Program-made: the position numbers and the translations under genes
In this document: piece after piece, positions 61,957 through 64,000 of the stretch
Layout of the letters: each line of letters starts with the position of its first letter
Numbering within the stretch: the stretch's first letter is position 1
The notes under the pieces: model-generated
The model's input: only the letters and a program-made list of their open reading frames with translations
The model's database searches: none
Told to the model about the DNA's origin: nothing
Assembly (NCBI GenBank): GCA_040876345.1
Contig: JBBDPM010000004.1
Coordinates: 14,980 to 78,979, forward strand
From: Candidatus Woykebacteria bacterium
GTDB taxonomy: Bacteria > Patescibacteriota > Microgenomatia > Woykebacterales > RBG-16-39-9b
Reading direction: 5' to 3'
DNA: 64,000 nucleotides

Positions 61957-62874
61957 ATGCAAGATGATAATCCAGAATCCAAAGAATTAGACATCCCACC
62001 AGAGCAAATGATGTCTGACCGTGGGCGAGAAGAGATAGGACAAAAATTTCAAGACCAGCTCGAGCATACTAAAAGGGACATTTTTCCCTTAGATAAAAAC
62101 AAGATAGAAGTAATTGCCCCAGATAACAGCCAACTTTTTGCAATTTTTAAAGTGGAGGATGAGTGGGGGACCGACTTCCACAGAAAGTACTTTTCCTACG
62201 ATCCCCAAACCGGAAAATTTTTAGAAGCTTCGTCTGTTAGCATCGAAAAAGCGCAGGATGAATATTTGAGATTTACAAAAGTGGGAAGAACTATAAGAGT
62301 GCCCTTCCGTGAGATTGAAGAAGTGGGTTTTGATTTTTGGGAAAATACTGAACCTGGTGAAGTTCGATATATACAAACCATTTTTAAAGGCGATCAAGTA
62401 CTAATACACAACTCAGGTCAATATAAAGAAGCGCAAAGAACTGGAATAGAAGTGGGTTATAGTAGAGAAAAGGGGGTGCTAGATCGAATCGGCGCCGTTA
62501 CCCCAGCGCGGCACTTTGTACCAAACGATTTCAATCTAATAGCTGATCTAGATAGTGAGGAGGCCTTTGAAGATTTGATAACACAGGCGTCTCAGGAAGG
62601 CGGCGAAGAATGGTTAAATAATGACGGATCTACTTGGGCAAGAGTTCCCTTTGACCCAAGTATAGGTATGTTTACCATGGAAGCAATTGGCCTGGAAGGA
62701 GAGCCAATATATGAAATTAACTTCCCCCAAAGAATTGATACCCAAGCAGTTATTGCTGAATTTAACCCCAAAAGGTTCTATGAAAACCCAACTTTACCTC
62801 CTGAAGAGGACTTGAAATGGAAGGGTTTAGAGTTCTCGACAGTTGTAGGTGTGAAAATTACTCCTTTAGTATAG
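61957..62874 (+). CDS. Hypothetical acidic protein
   Basis: 305-aa ORF; TAAGAT 6 nt before ATG. Confidence 0.7.
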   Translation: MQDDNPESKELDIPPEQMMSDRGREEIGQKFQDQLEHTKRDIFPLDKNKIEVIAPDNSQLFAIFKVEDEWGTDFHRKYFSYDPQTGKFLEASSVSIEKAQDEYLRFTKVGRTIRVPFREIEEVGFDFWENTEPGEVRYIQTIFKGDQVLIHNSGQYKEAQRTGIEVGYSREKGVLDRIGAVTPARHFVPNDFNLIADLDSEEAFEDLITQASQEGGEEWLNNDGSTWARVPFDPSIGMFTMEAIGLEGEPIYEINFPQRIDTQAVIAEFNPKRFYENPTLPPEEDLKWKGLEFSTVVGVKITPLV

Positions 62875-63168
62875 GGATTTCAGTATTATTATCGATCAAG
62901 ATAAGGCGAGGAGTACATTTTAACAGCTAAAGTTGGTGCGTCTTTATCGTTGTAATTGCTTACTCGAATGCACTCGGCTCAGGAAGTAATGGTTGGTCGC
63001 GTAGAGGCTCAAGATTTTGAACTTCTCACTAAAGCTATTTTAACATACTGGAAACCGCCGGAAATTGATTGGAAGAAAATAGCACTTAGCCAATCGAATT
63101 CGGTGAAAGGCCAAAGTGGAATGGGATTTGAGTATTACTACTGATCAGGGAGATCAGTTTTGAACTTA

Positions 63169-63855
63169 TTAATACTTAATGTGGAAAATAAAGAATGGTT
63201 TGTCAGAAACTTCTCTTACCAGAGTGCCACCTAAAATTTGCTTCATTTCTTGTCTCTCGCCTTTTGTAAACCATTTACTAGTGTAACCGGTTTTGCTTAC
63301 ATAAACTCCCTTTTCAGAATCGCACTTGTCTATATCCGGCTCGCCAACCAATTTCGCAGCCGAGGTATACATATCAATTGCAAATTCAGAAAAAGCCTCT
63401 TGTTTGAATGAAGAAAGGATAATCTCACCCTTGCTAGCCTCGGCTACTTTCCTCATTTGCTCTAAACCAACTTTCCAATCTCCTATCCACGGACCAATTG
63501 AATTTTGCAAACACAGCAGTACTGGATTTATCAACTCATAACCTGAAAGTAACTCTGATAATTTGTTTGCGTCTCCTCGGATAATTTGAAGGTTGGGAAT
63601 TTCTGTCACCTTTTCCTCTAAGTCCTTAAACATAGAATCGTCAATCTCAACTGCGACCACATTTCTCGCTAAATCTGATAAGGTTGCAAGGACTCTGCCG
63701 TAGCCAGCTCCAACATCTATAAACGTTTTGCTCTTGGGGTTTTCGACTTCTTTAACAAACTCAATTTCCTGTTCTCCATACTGACGAAGCATAGGAAAAT
63801 TTGTAGCCTCAACGTATTTTCGATAATTATCAGGGGACCAATTGAATTTTTTCAC
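63169..63855 (-). CDS. Class I SAM-dependent methyltransferase
   Basis: IDVGAGYGR, VAVEID, RGDA; start moved to GTG 63855 to clear the tRNA. Confidence 0.85.
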   Translation of the reverse strand: MKKFNWSPDNYRKYVEATNFPMLRQYGEQEIEFVKEVENPKSKTFIDVGAGYGRVLATLSDLARNVVAVEIDDSMFKDLEEKVTEIPNLQIIRGDANKLSELLSGYELINPVLLCLQNSIGPWIGDWKVGLEQMRKVAEASKGEIILSSFKQEAFSEFAIDMYTSAAKLVGEPDIDKCDSEKGVYVSKTGYTSKWFTKGERQEMKQILGGTLVREVSDKPFFIFHIKY

Positions 63856-63893
63856 TACAGTAGACCTCAGATTTAAAAAATTGTTAAAAACCT

Positions 63894-63968
63894 TGGTCGG
63901 GGTGACAGGACTTGAACCTGCGGCCTCACGCTCCCAAAGCGCGCGCTCTACCACTGAGCTACACCCCG
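63894..63968 (-). tRNA. tRNA-Pro(TGG)
   Basis: Cloverleaf; loop TT-TGG-GA; CCA. Confidence 0.96.
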
Positions 63969-64000
63969 ATGTTTATACTAACCTGTCTCTTCTGGTGCAC

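Overview
Genetic-code-11 bacterial window whose gene inventory (short pilin-like genes, DUF5679, TM-helix pair, uvrA-transglutaminase-uvrC-holin-secG, many leaderless-type promoters) suggests a Patescibacteria/CPR, probably Microgenomates-like, genome; this taxonomy is inference. 1-22.4 kb is a composite accessory island. It holds defence genes (DUF262, EcoRI-family MTase, GIY-YIG, DUF3800 with a convergent structured RNA), a Gram-positive-type conjugation module, a large serine recombinase and a run of cargo blocks (DUF4238, SIR2-like, EamA, hydrolase, clipped TA pair, heliorhodopsin, SDR). These blocks are separated by same-orientation TCACCA (tRNA-3'-end-like) junctions, one of which lies inside the recombinase's own 3' end. 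22.5-64 kb is mostly core: F1Fo atp operon headed by a carbonic-anhydrase-like gene, gpmI, rsmI, lexA, uvrBAC, secG, cmk, hppA, a degenerate ppsA, lon, yidC and 7 tRNAs. Main highlights: (1) the recombinase/att-junction cassette array, with the same architecture at tRNA-Lys(CTT) and possibly tRNA-Pro; (2) a ~440-nt promoter-driven, highly structured unknown RNA between lexA and uvrB; (3) the DUF3800-associated RNA; (4) a tRNA-Lys nested inside a decayed copy of itself. All pairings and alignments were done by eye.
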